DNA of 64,000 nt from Lytechinus pictus (lineage: Eukaryota), in assembly GCF_037042905.1 (NCBI RefSeq), contig NC_087245.1, positions 41,852,001 to 41,916,000 on the forward strand, read 5' to 3'. Every line of letters begins with the position of its first letter. Position 1 is the stretch's first letter. This document shows positions 14,728 through 27,748 of this stretch, piece by piece. The notes under the pieces were generated by a model. It was given only the letters and a program-made list of their open reading frames with translations, made no database searches and was not told the DNA's origin. Made by a program: the position numbers and the translations under genes.

Positions 14728-15685
14728 AACATTGTTTGACATTGTTCTAGATAATATACATTTTGCAGAAAATGAACGGAGTTCAGCATGAACTGGTTTC
14801 CTCCACCAGATGCCACTGACCGCCCGAAGTATGATGACCATTCGGCTGCACTTCTAAACCTGCATCATGGGCTATTGGCAGACACGTCTGATCGGCTAAA
14901 TCAGGAGGCGTGAAACAAAAACTGGCCAATATTTAAGACAACCAGGACTTGGACAACGCGACGCCTGACAAATTACACGTGCCATAGTGACATTTTAACT
15001 CATTTACAGAGCTGCTTGACGCAGCTCGCGTAAATTTGATGATCTTCGGCCCCCGCTTCGGCCCTTTGTTTGAGTAAATGACTCCTTTGAATACAATACT
15101 ATATACTAAAGGAATGTATACATTTTACGCTTTAACAGTCGTAAAACGATTCTTAAAATGCGATACGTATGATCCAAAAATCTTTTTGATTAAAAAAATA
15201 ATCCCCCGGAAGTTGGGGCCTACTCTTCCTACCACCATAACCTCCAAGGTGAGCACATGACTACGATGGCTTTTATCGTAACGAAACAGAGGTAAAGTGT
15301 ATCCGTCAGCTATGTGTCAAAGTTGAGTGGAATGTACGCAATGGAAAATAAGTCTTAAGTTTGCATCTTATCTTCACTGATAACACCCATTTAGCAAACT
15401 TGCGCCTTTACACAGACTTATAGCTAAAGAATGTACCTTTTACCATGCTCTTAGCTTTTGTTTGCACCTTTGAATCCCAGTTGTATAACAAATTTTGTGG
15501 GTTCAAAAAGGTGCAAATTTCCACTTTCTAAATGGGTGTAACTTGACTCCTTTGGGATGTTAAAATAAGCTGCCTGCACCTTTGACGGTGCAAAGGGTGC
15601 AAAATAAAGCTCATATTATACATTTCGGATTGGAATTAGAAAGGTGCGAGGGGGGAGCAAAGAAGGCAACAACTAAACAGGATAT

Positions 15686-15922
15686 CATGGCCCTGGGAAG
15701 CGGGGGTGCTGGGGTTGCTGGCTGAAGCATGCTGCGTAGATTATTCTCCATAGGCAGCACTCCCTGGAATTCTGATGGGTGTTGACAAATAGAGAAATGT
15801 AACAGAAATGACCTATATTTTGTATTAATTCACCCCCCTTTTTTTTTTTGGGGGGGGGGCTCAAATTTATCGGAACCGAAATCAGCACCCCAAGTAAAGA
15901 AAAAATATTTCCCAGGGCCCTG
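15686..15922 (+). mobile_element. MITE family B (CAGGGCCCTGGGAA termini)
   Basis: CATGGCCCTGGGAA...TTCCCAGGGCCCTG. Internal ctccataggcagcac...ctggaatt is shared with 18865-19230 and a reverse fragment at ~45070-45147. No clean TSD. Confidence 0.75.
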
Positions 15923-17228
15923 ATGATAGTAATACAGATTGGAAGAATTATTACCTCGAAAAAAAAAGAGACTACATGTGGAGAATAAAATTACTTTAAA
16001 GATAGCCTGATTGATGACGTGTCTTAAGCCAAGGGCAGGTAATACTTTAATATTGCTGTACCAAGTTGAACTTTAACAGGATTATTGATCCCACATTTAA
16101 ACGGTGCTCAGTGAAGTAGAAGATGGGTTCACGTGGCTTCCTATTAATCATTACCACGATTACACAAAATAAAAGTGAGATAGTTTGACAGTTTTGATTA
16201 GGTTCTCTCCAAAGTTACAAAATTGACATTAACTCAACTTTCTAGTAGATGAGACTTACCAATATTTTTTAGAATTTATATTTTTAGTACCTTGTATTAT
16301 AAATCGAGCCACAATTTGCAAAGACTGTAAGGATTAAGGTTAGGATTATATAAATTTCACTGAAGTTCACTGTATTTCTATTTGCCCGCGGGCCTTCCAA
16401 CATTTAAATGATATTTTGAATCTTTGGGTTGTTATTGTTTAAAAAATTTACACATGTTTATTTCTTGATTTGATTAAATACTCCATTGCCTCATAATCCC
16501 TATTGCATTACATAAAGCATATAATATTCAAGCGCCGTCATGTCAAACAGCAATTAGGAAGATTTTCATTTCTTCAGCTGGAAAAAGATGTTTGACATGA
16601 CCAATCAAACAAATCCGTTTACATGCCTGAACTATCAAGATCCCAATTACTGTCGTCATTAAATGGAAATAGTCGATCTGCAACTGAGCATGGTGACATT
16701 ATTAGAAACACGTTCCGTTTGCGATGGATCGAGGTTTTATTGGTAAATGTACTTTACGCTTGACATTCTGTCCCCGTTTCCATACGACCCAACGCTTTGG
16801 TGGTGATTCCTTCATTAAACAAGTTCACTTAGTCGAGACACATCCGTCCTAACACAAAATTAGTATAATTAAAATGAGAGAAAAGCGTTCATGCTAAGCT
16901 GATTGGGCGATGGCCCGTGCACATTCTCCTCAGGAGTTCCTGTTCGACAGCGCCGAGCCTAATTTAAAACACGATCAGAATTAGAAAATGGCAAAAAATA
17001 TACATGTCTAAACACCTTCGTTTTCTCCTAATCGACGTTTTAAACATCAAAAGATGTATGACTTATATTAAAATGTTCAGTCGTGCCCTTTCGATGCTAA
17101 GTGAGACTACATGTTCAAATTGTATGTTCTTTTTAGAAGAAGCGCTTCGGAAGAATGTGGCACGTACCTGCATTTTTTGTTATTACTATTATTGATGGTG
17201 GTATTGCAATTATACTGTATATTAATGA

Positions 17229-18806
17229 CAGGGGCGGATCCAGCTTTCGCCAATAGGGGGGGGGCGATTTTTTTTACCCATATTTTTTTCACGATCGGCC
17301 GCTCAAAGTTGAATTTTATTTGTTTCTTTGAAGGGGTAGTCGTAACAGTCACTTCTTAGCTTTATTCTCACAAAACATAGATAAGTAATGTCATATAAGC
17401 CCTAATTATATAGTACGAGCGCGAGCTAATTTTTAAAGGAAATTGTATGTATTTTGTCCTGAAAATTGAACATTCTGAGCAATGATTGTGACCGTAAGAT
17501 TTTGTGTATGTAACTAAATATTTACTGCGAGCGCGAATCGCTAGCAGAAATTTTTGATATACGTTCTGGCCTGATGGAAAACAGACCGTAAGAACTGATT
17601 GCAGTTACCCATGAAAATAATACATATTTCAACAATCAGATAATGCGAGCGCGAAGCGCGAGCTAAACATTTATGACATTTTTACCTAAAAATTTGACAT
17701 TCTAAGCACTTTTTTGTAATCATAAACAGAATAGGTACGTAACTAAACATTTCATGCGAGCGCGAAGCGCAATCGAAAAAAAAAATGAGATTTTGACCTA
17801 AAAACGGGACACACTATTAATGTTTCGTAAATAACAAAAAGGTGACTAATTGGGTATCTTCCTACATTAATAATGCGAGCGCGAAGCGCAAGAGGAAATT
17901 TTTTGATATTCTGATATGAAACTGGATAATTCGAGCACGTATTGAATGATGAACAAACTGCGTGATTTTGAGATTGAGACCTAGAATCTGCATTCTAGAT
18001 ACATTTCTTTTATTATGAATATCAATAAAGCGCAAGCGCGAGCTGAAAAAAAAAACTTGAAGGCGTTCTGAAGAGGGTCAATTTAAGCACTATTTCAAGC
18101 ATGTTAGGAAAATTGTGAAGTGGATATGGATCGTACTTGAATGATGCGAGCGCGAAGCGCGAGCCGATTTTTAAAAATTATTATTCAGACCAAACACCCG
18201 GGGAAATTGTAAGTACATTTTCTCATCATATGAAAATGACTATTTTTCCTATTCCTATTCCTAATCGCGAGATGAAACTTGTCGATATCGATATTCCATT
18301 CTGAAAAAGGGACAATTTCATTATTAGGAATTCATGAAACTGTTACCTTATTATGTTATCAATCTAATATTAATGAGAGCTCGAAATCTGTTGATATTAA
18401 GGCCTGATCGAAAACAGGACATTTTAAGCATTTTTAAAATATTGTTTTACGGCCTACTTGTGCACAATTATGGTAATCATCCTATGCAGAGCTAATCGGC
18501 CGTTGATGGAGTGCAGGAGACCCATGTGCACTGAGGAGAATGTCTTGATGCGCGCAGTTGCGGTAGCGTGATTTACCTTCATTTTGCGAACTTAACATAA
18601 TGCGGTGCCACTGCAAGTAGGTCTGGGATCGGGCCGGCAGTTACAAGGCTGTAAATTAAACATGGGTATAATACCTCCTTCGTACTTTTCTTTCTGTTTT
18701 TTCAGCGTTTCTATCAAGTTAAAAGGACATTTTTTTGTGGTTGCCAAAAAATAGGGGGAGGGCGGGGCCGGGGGCCGGCTTGCCACCCCCCCTGGATCCG
18801 CGCCTG
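17229..18806 (+). mobile_element. Non-autonomous TIR element carrying an internal ~115-bp tandem array
   Basis: Ends CAGGGGCGGATCCAG...CTGGATCCGCGCCTG with G/C tracts. Units marked by GCGAGCGCGAAGCGCGAGC at ~17415, 17527, 17645, 17756, 17875, 18030, 18146. TSD not recognisable. Confidence 0.8.
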
Positions 18807-18864
18807 AATAACATTGGTTTATAGAGCTGTATAACATAGGAATGACTTCTCTCGCCTTTTTTGA

Positions 18865-19230
18865 CACGGCCCTGGGAATAGGGGGTGCTTGGGGGTGTTG
18901 AAGCACCCCCAATACTTTCATTGGGGGCGTTCCATGTATTATCCTCCATAGGCAGCACCTTCTGGAATTTTGGAAGGTGTGACAGAAATAATGAAGAACT
19001 AAAATAATGACCTACATTTTGTACAAAAACCTTTTTATATATTGTTTTGCTTGCCAAATTTCTCTTAACCAAATCATCTTCCTTTATGGAGTGAAACCCT
19101 TTTTTCTTTCTCTCTTTTCAAATTTCTCTGGACCAAAATGACCTTTATTTTGGAGTGAGCCCCCTCCTTTTTTTTTGCTTGTCAAATTTACATCAGCACC
19201 CCCAGACAAAAAATCGTTCACAGGGCCCTG
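18865..19230 (+). mobile_element. MITE family B, second copy
   Basis: CACGGCCCTGGGAA...TTCACAGGGCCCTG, homologous to 15686-15922. Confidence 0.75.
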
Positions 19231-19251
19231 ATTTATACATATACGTCTCGC

Positions 19252-19395
19252 GGAGTATTTTAATAAAAGACGGAAGGACATTTTATCTGACGAAGTCTGT
19301 TTCATCCGACAGTTACCAGAGATATATAGAGCCTCTTACCCGATCAAAATCAAGGAAGGTTGTCAGATCTGACAAATTTCAGACGGCAAGATGAA
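19252..19395 (-). mobile_element. MITE family A, decayed copy
   Basis: Reverse-complement match: atccgacagttacca...aatcaaggaaggttgtcagatctgacaa. Confidence 0.65.
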
Positions 19396-20440
19396 GATGA
19401 TATTGCGCATCAGGTCATGAGATCCTGGCTTACCCGCATACAATGTTTACACCTTTACCACTCCCTGGGGAGCGTTTCTACAAGATTCATTCTCAACTGT
19501 TCAACTATGAATAGAAAATGGTTTTGTTAACTGATAAATGTCCATCATCTTGAAGGACTCGCTTTTGCTTATACGAGCGACCCACAAAGTAAAAAACGTT
19601 TTATTCAACGTAGTTTAACTTAAATATCAGGTAGTGTTAAAATATCGAACAAGGAGTTTTGACATTAAAACCGTCATGTTTAATATCTTCCGTGTTATTC
19701 ATCGTTTAAAGGTTAAATATATCTCTTTGAATCATGTATTCATTTATTTATTTGTCTATTCATTTATTTATTCAATTTTTTCATTTTTTGAGGGGGGGAG
19801 GTGGGAGTTTAACAATAAACTGATATTTGTTTCAATATTTTGAATAGCGTTGATTTATAGGTTGAAGCCACCCCACTTATATTCCTCTCTTCTAAAAAGT
19901 AATCACTTTGTGTATTTTTCAGAGGAAATCATATACTGGACTAGATGATACAAATCATTCAAATATGTAAACAATGAAAACTATATTCATAAAAAGAAAC
20001 AATATCATCAAGCAAAATACGTATACACAGAATGAAATATTTGAACGAACATTGCAATTACTTAGGCGAAAAAGCAACATAGGGACAATAGTTCATTCCC
20101 TTTTACTCTAATGAAGAACTCGTTAGAAACCAGACAAAATATTGATTGCAAAATGTTATCATTATATGTTTTAAACACACACAGAGTCCTCTGTGGAAAA
20201 GGATTGGCAAGGTTTCTCACAAATACAGTACTCCACATTCATTATGAACATGATCAAAAGTGCATTAACCCCATAGCGGGTATGTTTTATTTTACAACTA
20301 TACGTAGATTGCCTGCAATAATGGCCTTTTAAACATACTCACGGCTCAACATTGTAATGTATATTTAACTGTTACATAATAATGACGCCGACTACCGGAC
20401 ATTCTGCAATTAGCAATCGATAAATATTATGTATGTTATA

Positions 20441-20844
20441 TGTTCTCTTCATCTATATCTTTCACAAAATATTTAAATAAAAGAGTTGCCAAAGCTGTTG
20501 CACATGTATAATTTCTCCCATACGTGTACTGTATCTAAGCAATAGCTTTGATCCAGCTGAGGCTTGCCATTGTTCAAAACCAAAACTATACACCCGACAA
20601 AACAAATCATAACTGGTATCGTGTCGAAAATCTAATTATCTGCCGGTCAATCGGATCGGGATCGCCCGAGTTACTAACCCGTCACTGTGGTCTAGTAGTT
20701 AAGGCACCGGCGTTCAAAGCTGGGGGCCCGGGTTCGATTCCCGGCAGATACATTTCTTCGGCATCACCAATTTTGCCAAAGGGCAGATAGCTCCGGGGAA
20801 CCTTGATTTCAGCTACGCCTACCATTGTTCTCTTCATCCATTCC
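20441..20844 (+). mobile_element. Circularly permuted monomer of the same tRNA-containing unit
   Basis: Homologous along its whole length to the reverse complement of the 30.3-31.1 kb unit but starts at a different point. TGTTCTCTTCATC occurs at both ends (20441-20453, 20826-20838) and is an internal sequence of the unit. Confidence 0.8.
20681..20752 (+). tRNA. Diverged tRNA-like copy (UCA anticodon) in the permuted monomer
   Basis: GTCACTGTGGTCTAGTAGTTAAGGCACCGGCGTTCAAAGCTGGGGGCCCGGGTTCGATTCCCGGCAGATACA. Anticodon and T arms are intact. The acceptor stem has two mismatches and the T-run is broken (TTTCTT). Confidence 0.45.
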
Positions 20845-22029
20845 TTCTTTGGAGCAAAAATACATTGCTTTGTATTTATACTTTATTAGATAAAGTTTCC
20901 GGATGAATGAATTCTTTCAGTTCATAACGCAAATTGGCCTCGATTCATGTGACCTTTGGATGGAAAATTTTGACCTCTACCACAAAGCAGTAAGATGACT
21001 TATTGATATAGCACAACAGGGACACGTGATCCACAGGACATCCATCATCACGATTGTTGAGCTTTCGATGCTGATACACTCTTCCAGTTAACGAACAAAA
21101 ACAGTGAGGAAGGGCACTGTAAGAACACACTAATTACGCTTTACATTTCCACTTATTCTACCGATCGATCGGTCTTTTCGAGAATAGGGGAGCTTGTTTG
21201 TTCCTTATTCGGTGAATGAATAGCATTGATGTATTGATTTCGCTGGCGCTTGAGGTTTGCTCCAGAATGATGACGTAAATGCTATTGTTTTCCAGGTCCG
21301 AGCTTAGAGGAGTCAGGGATGCATAAAACATGGATAGAAAATTCCACCCTTGATCCTGCCCGCATTTGTATACTGCTTGCATAAGCAATTGACATTTGAC
21401 TTGATATGATTTTGTTTCTGAGAGCCGTCCTGATCCAATATAAAGTATGATATTGTTTACTCTTCCAATCCATCAGCCTTGCCTATGAGAATACAGCTTT
21501 ATTAGTATCTGTTCGTAAACTTGAGGCTGTAAGGCATGACGATGCTGTATTTTGTGCATGCTTTCATTTCGATTCATTATTATTGTTTTGTTCTCATCTG
21601 CCATGTGTTGACCGGTGATTAATAAATAGATGGAAATTGACCCATCACTCAGAATTGGTGTGAAAAACGTACAAGATTTATATATTGTTTTTTCTGTTCC
21701 ACCAAATGACTTTTCAATAGAAACGTGTATTACGCCAGCGATATATTGACCTCTTCCTTTTTCTTCATTAGTGTTAATTTAAGTAAGATAAAACTATTTG
21801 ATATGAAAATGTGATCTTTCTTCAAGGGGATGAATATAACTATTGATCGAATAATTCAGGATTTCCACGAGCTGACAAGCTATGTTCATGTATATATCTT
21901 ATGTAATGATTATGTTGAATCGGCAGAATTTGGTGTCTCCATTGGTTATCATCTGGCCACTAATAACAACTAGAAAGGTGTTTGTTTTATTAATAAATAG
22001 TGCATGAACTACTCATAATAAACTCGTAA

Positions 22030-22165
22030 ATAAATTGTGCTTCACTCATCCCAGGTGAGGTGAATTGGCACCTGGTAGGAATTTATTCCTTGAAAAGCAG
22101 TGCGCGTAACAGCCGTTCTAGTAAAGCCTGATGCTGCAAAGGCACATAGAAACTTCTGATACACT
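22030..22165 (+). mobile_element. Decayed SINE body fragment
   Basis: cactcatcccaggtgaggtgaattggcacctggtagga...ttccttgaa matches the centre of the 31271-31572 SINE. Confidence 0.6.
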
Positions 22166-22168
22166 AAT

Positions 22169-22390
22169 GGGGCATTGGAAGAAATTTGCGATCAATTGCA
22201 AGTCTATTTTCGGTCCCTAGATCGATCATAAGTTTTCAAATTAAAAACGATTTTTTTTTCCCGATTTATTTATAATCTGCTTCTTGAAACAAGTAATGTA
22301 ATCTGATTTCCTACAGCTAAACTTGATCTATCACTTGTAAAATTGCAACAAAATATTTGCAATTGATTACAAATATTTTCTTGTAAGTGT
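22169..22390. mobile_element. Decayed MITE
   Basis: Inverted ends aagaaatttgcgatcaattgcaa / ttgcaattgattacaaatattttctt. Confidence 0.5.
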
Positions 22391-22920
22391 TATCGCTATA
22401 TTGGATGGCTTTATTTCATGAAATACCAGAATTATTCCACTCATAGGGCCAATATTCTACTCATCTGCGATTCGTGGAATATTTTCCGAAACTCTTTGAA
22501 TATTTCTGGTATTCCATTCTGAGCCATCCAATATAATATAATTATCATATACTGCTGTTTATTTTTAAAATCAACTGAACAGATCATCCCTTTATTATTA
22601 TTATTCCATCCTCTATACATGTGGGGTAAATGCTGAAGGCACCCACTCCCCTCTCTGACCGGCAATGAACTCTCACTGCTCGAAGAATACATTGCATCTC
22701 AATGTTGCTATTATCAATTATCACCCCCTAAACCAAAATTGTTTGCCTAAATATGGACTGCCGGGACAGATATAAGTGGCGAAGTGGATTGCGATGAGAG
22801 TATTTTGGTATCATCCTCGATTTACAATATAGAATATAGAATTAGTTAAACCAGTATACGATTGTTTATTTCTTTTTTTAAATAGCTTATATCCAAGAAT
22901 TTTTGTTTTTCTTGTTCTTA

Positions 22921-22934
22921 TCGCCATCTAGTGG
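22921..22934 (-). promoter_or_regulatory. Candidate CTCF-like site
   Basis: Minus strand CCACTAGATGGCGA matches 13/14 of the CCASYAGRKGGCRS core. Motif match only. Confidence 0.3.
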
Positions 22935-23131
22935 TATGACGTAAGTGAAAACGAGTCAGGTCGGTTTCTGAATCAACTTCAAACGCAGCTCTCAGAGCAA
23001 ATAAAATAAATCACGTGGAACATTTCGACTAATAATCATTGATTTATCTTTCTACAGGAAAGAACACAGCGTCACACGATGTGTGTCACGATGTGTGTCA
23101 CAGTGTGGAACACAATGAAAAATTACCTTTA

Positions 23132-23292
23132 CACTGTAAAATTCGAACATTACAATATTATGTTCAACAGTGTGAATCACGTATTCGCATATAGTTGGTC
23201 ATGTGAACATGCTGTTGAAAAGTCACACTGTCGAGGTGTGTCCACAGTGTGAAAATATCTTCACACTGTTGCATTTGAACATTTTTTTAGTG
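23132..23292. mobile_element. CACT...AGTG MITE, decayed
   Basis: TA|CACTGTAAAA...TTTTTTAGTG|TG with recurrent CACACTGT/ACAGTGTG motifs. Confidence 0.5.
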
Positions 23293-23332
23293 TGAATAAT
23301 GTTTTTCACATAGTCAATTATGTAAACACACT

Positions 23333-23645
23333 GGCCCATATTCTGAAGTCAGGTTTAACTATTAGACCACGGTCTAACTCTGTGCTAAAATTATGGGGAG
23401 CCAACAATTCAAAAATTATGTTTATGTTGTAAATTTCTTATGTTTACTATTTTGTTTCCTTTGGCTTTCATAATGAAGAAAAATACTTCAGTTATCATTC
23501 CCAAACAATTATAAACAATTCGGGTGTCATATGAGTTAATAAATTGAATGTGTACTGTTAGGGATTTGTGCCCAATCGGCTCTCCATAGTTAAACCACAA
23601 CTTTAAACCGGGGTTTAATTTAAACCTGAGTTTATAATACGGGCC
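23333..23645. mobile_element. Harbinger-like MITE
   Basis: TIR GGCCCATATTCTGAAGTCAGGTTTAA...TTAAACCTGAGTTTATAATACGGGCC with 3-bp TSD ACT. Confidence 0.8.
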
Positions 23646-24316
23646 ACTGTGATCAAACTGTGTTCTTTTCAGCAGGGTATGTATTCGACCAATGAATTTT
23701 TGAATTCCTGTTACACTCTGTGCATGTAATATCATGAACAATATTAACCTCGGGAACATTTCTCCTTTCTGTTTAGTAATTACTGTATGAATTCAAACAA
23801 ACATTTACGTTACCTTCATCATGATGATAGTATACTTGCCACTAGTATTTCGCAGATAACGAGATAAGTGCAAATTAAATTAAACGCTAAATACCCAAGA
23901 TTCAATTGATAGAAAGGAAAGAAATAACATCGGCCACATATATTGGGTATCCCTGCCTAGGAAACAGCATGCAGAATTTATGTAACAGTTGACTATATAA
24001 ATATTATATTCATGATTTTTTTAATGTCTTTGTCTACGTCACACTAGGTATCCAGACATGTGGATCGTGCAGTAATGCCAGTAATTTCTATTCACGCTGG
24101 TAAACAAATAGGATTACACACTAAGTGTGAGAGTGTATACACATGTAGAGAGAATAATCAAATTATACCCTTTTGCTCTCATAAGCAATATTGCACCAAG
24201 TCTGACAAGATTTAAAGGAGTAATCGAAGAATTGTGTACACATTTAAAGAAAGCATGACACAATTAAAGCAGTAGATGGCAGGTTCGAATCCCACAGATC
24301 GAGCATGCGATCTTAA

Positions 24317-24907
24317 AGGACAAGTCCACCCCAACAAAAAGTTGATTTGAATAAAAAGCGAAAATTCCAACAAGCATAACACTGAAAATTTCATCAAAAT
24401 CGGATGTAAAATAAGAAAGTTATGACATTTGAAAGTTTCGCTTAAGTTCACAAAACAGTTATATGCACATCATGGCTGGTATGCAAATGAGGAGACTATG
24501 ACATCATCCACTCACTATTTCTTTTGTATTTTATTACATGAAATATGAAGTATTCTAATTTTCTCCTCATTGTCAAGTGATACAACGATTAATTCCCCCC
24601 TAAACATGTGGAATTAGCATTGTTTAATACTATATGGTTCAGTCAAGTTGGTCCTTATTGTCAAATCTATAAAAAATGAATTATTGTATAATTCAAACAA
24701 TAAAAAACAAAATAAATAGTGAGTGATGGACATCATCAACTGACTCACCTAGTTGTGCATATCACTGTTTTGTGAAAAATGAGCGAAACTTTAAAATGTC
24801 ATAACTTTCTTATTTTTCATCCGATTTTGATGAAATTTTTAGCACTATGCTTGTTTGATTTTTCTCTATTTATTCAAGTCAGCATTTTCCTGGGGTGGAC
24901 TTGACCT
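24317..24907 (+). mobile_element. Kolobok-like non-autonomous element (TTAA TSD, long TIRs)
   Basis: TTAA|AGGACAAGTCCACCCCA...TGGGGTGGACTTGACCT|TTAA. Imperfect inverted arms over 130 bp including aaaatttcatcaaaatcggatg. Confidence 0.85.
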
Positions 24908-25467
24908 TTAAACACATAGGAGTATTGCCGAAAATTTGTTTACAAATTATGACACAATTACTCTCATTACAAATCTAATGTGATATGATACGTAAATTTC
25001 AGGGCAATAAACAGATTTTCGTTAACCTATAAGAGCCTGAAACTGAACTTGTCGCTTTTGTTATGGTTCTTATAGAAATATGACTTCAGTAGTTAAAACA
25101 AACACTATCATTGACTGTTTCTTATAAGGAGATTGCTGTTTCATTGGGAGTGATTCTTTCATATTTTTCAACTATTCTTAGGGATTGTTGGTTTAAAATG
25201 TCCTCGAGTACAGCGACTTTCCATCCACTTTATCCTTTCTTTGTTTTGTTCATCGTCAGAATTTTCACATAGTTGTAATCAAAAGGGTTTATGTCACAAT
25301 AAATAAGGCACTTATGACTATTAATTCGAAACTCCCTTCCCTCACCTGTTATTGTTTCACCTTCTCCCAATTTATTAAAAAGTTCCGAAATTATATTATA
25401 TCTTATTATATATTATAAAGTTAATTGCTGATTTTTGTCACCAAAACCATTGCTTTCTAGTTTAAAT

Positions 25468-25650
25468 GTTCCTTCTTCTTCCTTTTCTTCTTTTTCTTCT
25501 TTATTCTTCTTCCTTCTCCTTCTTCTCCTTCTTCTACTTCTTCTTCTTCTTCTTTTTCTTCTTCTTCTCCCCCTCCTTCTCCTTCTTCTTCTTTTTCTAC
25601 TTCTCCTTCTTCTTTTACTTCTCCTTCTTTTTTTTTTTCTTCTTCTTTTT
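25468..25650. repeat. Imperfect (CTT)n tract
   Basis: Polypyrimidine trinucleotide repeat adjoining the LINE tail. Confidence 0.9.
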
Positions 25651-25653
25651 ATC

Positions 25654-25935
25654 CTTACTTACTTACTTCCAGGATACTGCCCAACTCCCCTAAAAGGTGT
25701 CGAACGGGCAGGGGTAGGGTGCCCTGATGGTCGGGGAGGACTGGTAAGAGGCGTTGCTTAGTATTGATTTTGGTTTAAGTGCTTCTGGATTGCTACTTTG
25801 AATATTCTTTGTCGAGAATTGATTTGATTGGGTTTGGAAAGTTGTTCCAGTCAACAACAGAACTTGGTATGAAAGAATACTTATAAAAATTTTTGTTTGT
25901 TGAAATGGGGATAAAACTATTTAAGTGGTTGAAGT
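25654..25935 (-). mobile_element. 3' remnant of a non-LTR retrotransposon (CR1/L2-like ORF2 C-terminus, 3' UTR and tail)
   Basis: Minus frame HLNSFIPISTNKNFYKYSFIPSSVVDWNNFP matches the YKYSFFPRTIxDWNxLP-type motif, continuing after a frameshift as FKVAIQKHLNQNQY*. Ends in an (AAGT)n tail. Confidence 0.75.
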
Positions 25936-27466
25936 TCCTTTGGGCCGGGCGCAGAGTAGAAACTGCAACGGCACGGCGACCTGGCCTGTGAGTAGTCTGC
26001 AGGCACAGACCCTGATTGGAACTTTGATCAATAAGTGTGCCTCCACGCAAAGACTAGCACATACAAAACTTGCTGTTCCAATACAAGCGAGAGAGCCTTC
26101 AGTACACAAGGCATGAGTAGGCTGCACATTCAGACCCTTAACTCGAGTGAAGGGTTTGCCCAGCAGACTAGCCTGTGAGTGCCTGCTGGAAGATTGACAG
26201 TCGATTTGAGTTCCGTCTCTGTTCAAGATACTTTATTTTGAGTGTCTTCTTCGTATTAGTTTACACTACTCTTTCTTCTACTTCTTCTAGGTTGATCTGC
26301 CTCCTTCAAGATTGAAGATTCTTGCAGATGTGATTGTCGCAATGGGTGTGAGTATAGCTGGGTTCAGATGCAGTGTGCATATTTCTACCATGTCTATGTA
26401 TTTCTTTTGTACTATGATAAGCATATTTAAAAAATTTCATGTCATATTTTAACGAAACTCCTTTTTTTTTGTTTTTTGGTTCCGGTCCTTTCAATCTGCT
26501 GTACCAACCAAAAACTTTGAGGGTTTTCTGTGCATGCAGTATTCCATTTTCCACTTTTATAAAATTCTTCTTCTAAGTTGTTTTCCTGTATAATTTCTTA
26601 TACATTTACGCGTATATCCTAGGTAAATGCAATTTGTTGCCATGTCTTCAAATATAATTATATATATATATATATATATATTGTATCATTTATCATTTTT
26701 ATAACTGTATATGTGCTATATCTTTTAATATCTAGCTTTTTTATCAAAACTGATTTTTTTTTCTTTTTTTTTCTTTTTACCTAAACATGTTTGTACGTCA
26801 CGGTGGCCTTAAAAGTTGGCATACTACCACATGGCCAGCTGGTCGGTCTGTTCTGAATGACTCAGTGATGACGTCATAAGGGAGGTTACCACGAGGGAAC
26901 GCCATCTGGAAAGACCAGGCGACACAGACCAAAGTATTTCAGTCATGCTTTGGAGTTATTTTTAGCCTAAAACTCCAGATGGACACCCAAGAAATAAAAA
27001 TAACTGGAAAATCTCTGATGATTACACAGTGAAAGTCCCACTGAGGTTTCAGAAACATGACTGAAAAAATTAGGGGGCATTCCATGCATCCAGCGTGATT
27101 TATAGCAACCTCCGTTTGCCACTGGGTATAAGTTCATTAGGAGTTGACGAGATCGTATGGTACTAGACAGTTTTCCCTGCGCGATGTATGGAGGGTTCAA
27201 AACACAGTAAATCTATTGAAAACGCAAGTCAAATAACAAATGCAGGGTGAAAGGCCTTTGACGGATATTGGTGAACCGGAATAGCAGTTTCGTCCTAAGT
27301 TTCGGAGCTGGCGAAAAATTTGCAAAAACGTCGTTTGTCCATGCAGAGTCGATAACGAGACTGCTGTTTCGATACAGCGACCCTCGACAAAGACTTCGTT
27401 GTCATGAAGGAAAACTTAAAGCAGATTCTCTACGTTGCAGAAAGCGTCTGCGTAGCTGTTGCACAC

Positions 27467-27748
27467 GGGTCGTGTGGTCCAGTGGTTAGAGCATTGGACT
27501 CATAATCGCAAGGTCATGAAGGTTGTGAGTTCGAATACCAACTCTGCCATTGTCTCCACTTTGATAAAAAGGCCCGAGAGTGATATCTGTCGTCTATATA
27601 ACGTCAGCCACTATGACTGATTAACCTAGACGTAAAATGTTTCATAGGTAATTGGTTATATACCAGCTTGGCGTTTACCAGCAAAATGCTGTCCTGCCGT
27701 GTTCCTACAGGAGTTACCACAAACAGAAACAAACAAACAAACAGAAAA
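27467..27748 (+). mobile_element. tRNA-derived SINE with (AAAC)n tail
   Basis: A box GTGGTCCAGTGG, CTCATAA loop remnant, B box GAGTTCGAATACC, unique body and aaacaaacaaac tail. Confidence 0.75.

Noticed and set aside
17400..18200. Regularly spaced conserved motif resembling a CRISPR array (also 36000-36850)
   Set aside because: The intervening sequences are homologous to each other and ~95 bp long, there are no cas genes, and the context is eukaryotic. It is a degenerate tandem repeat.
25435..25761. Poly-Leu/Phe ORFs; also poly-Leu/Thr at 54351-54654, LSIY repeats at 32903-33253 and YI repeats at 30209 and 44247
   Set aside because: Translations of microsatellites.
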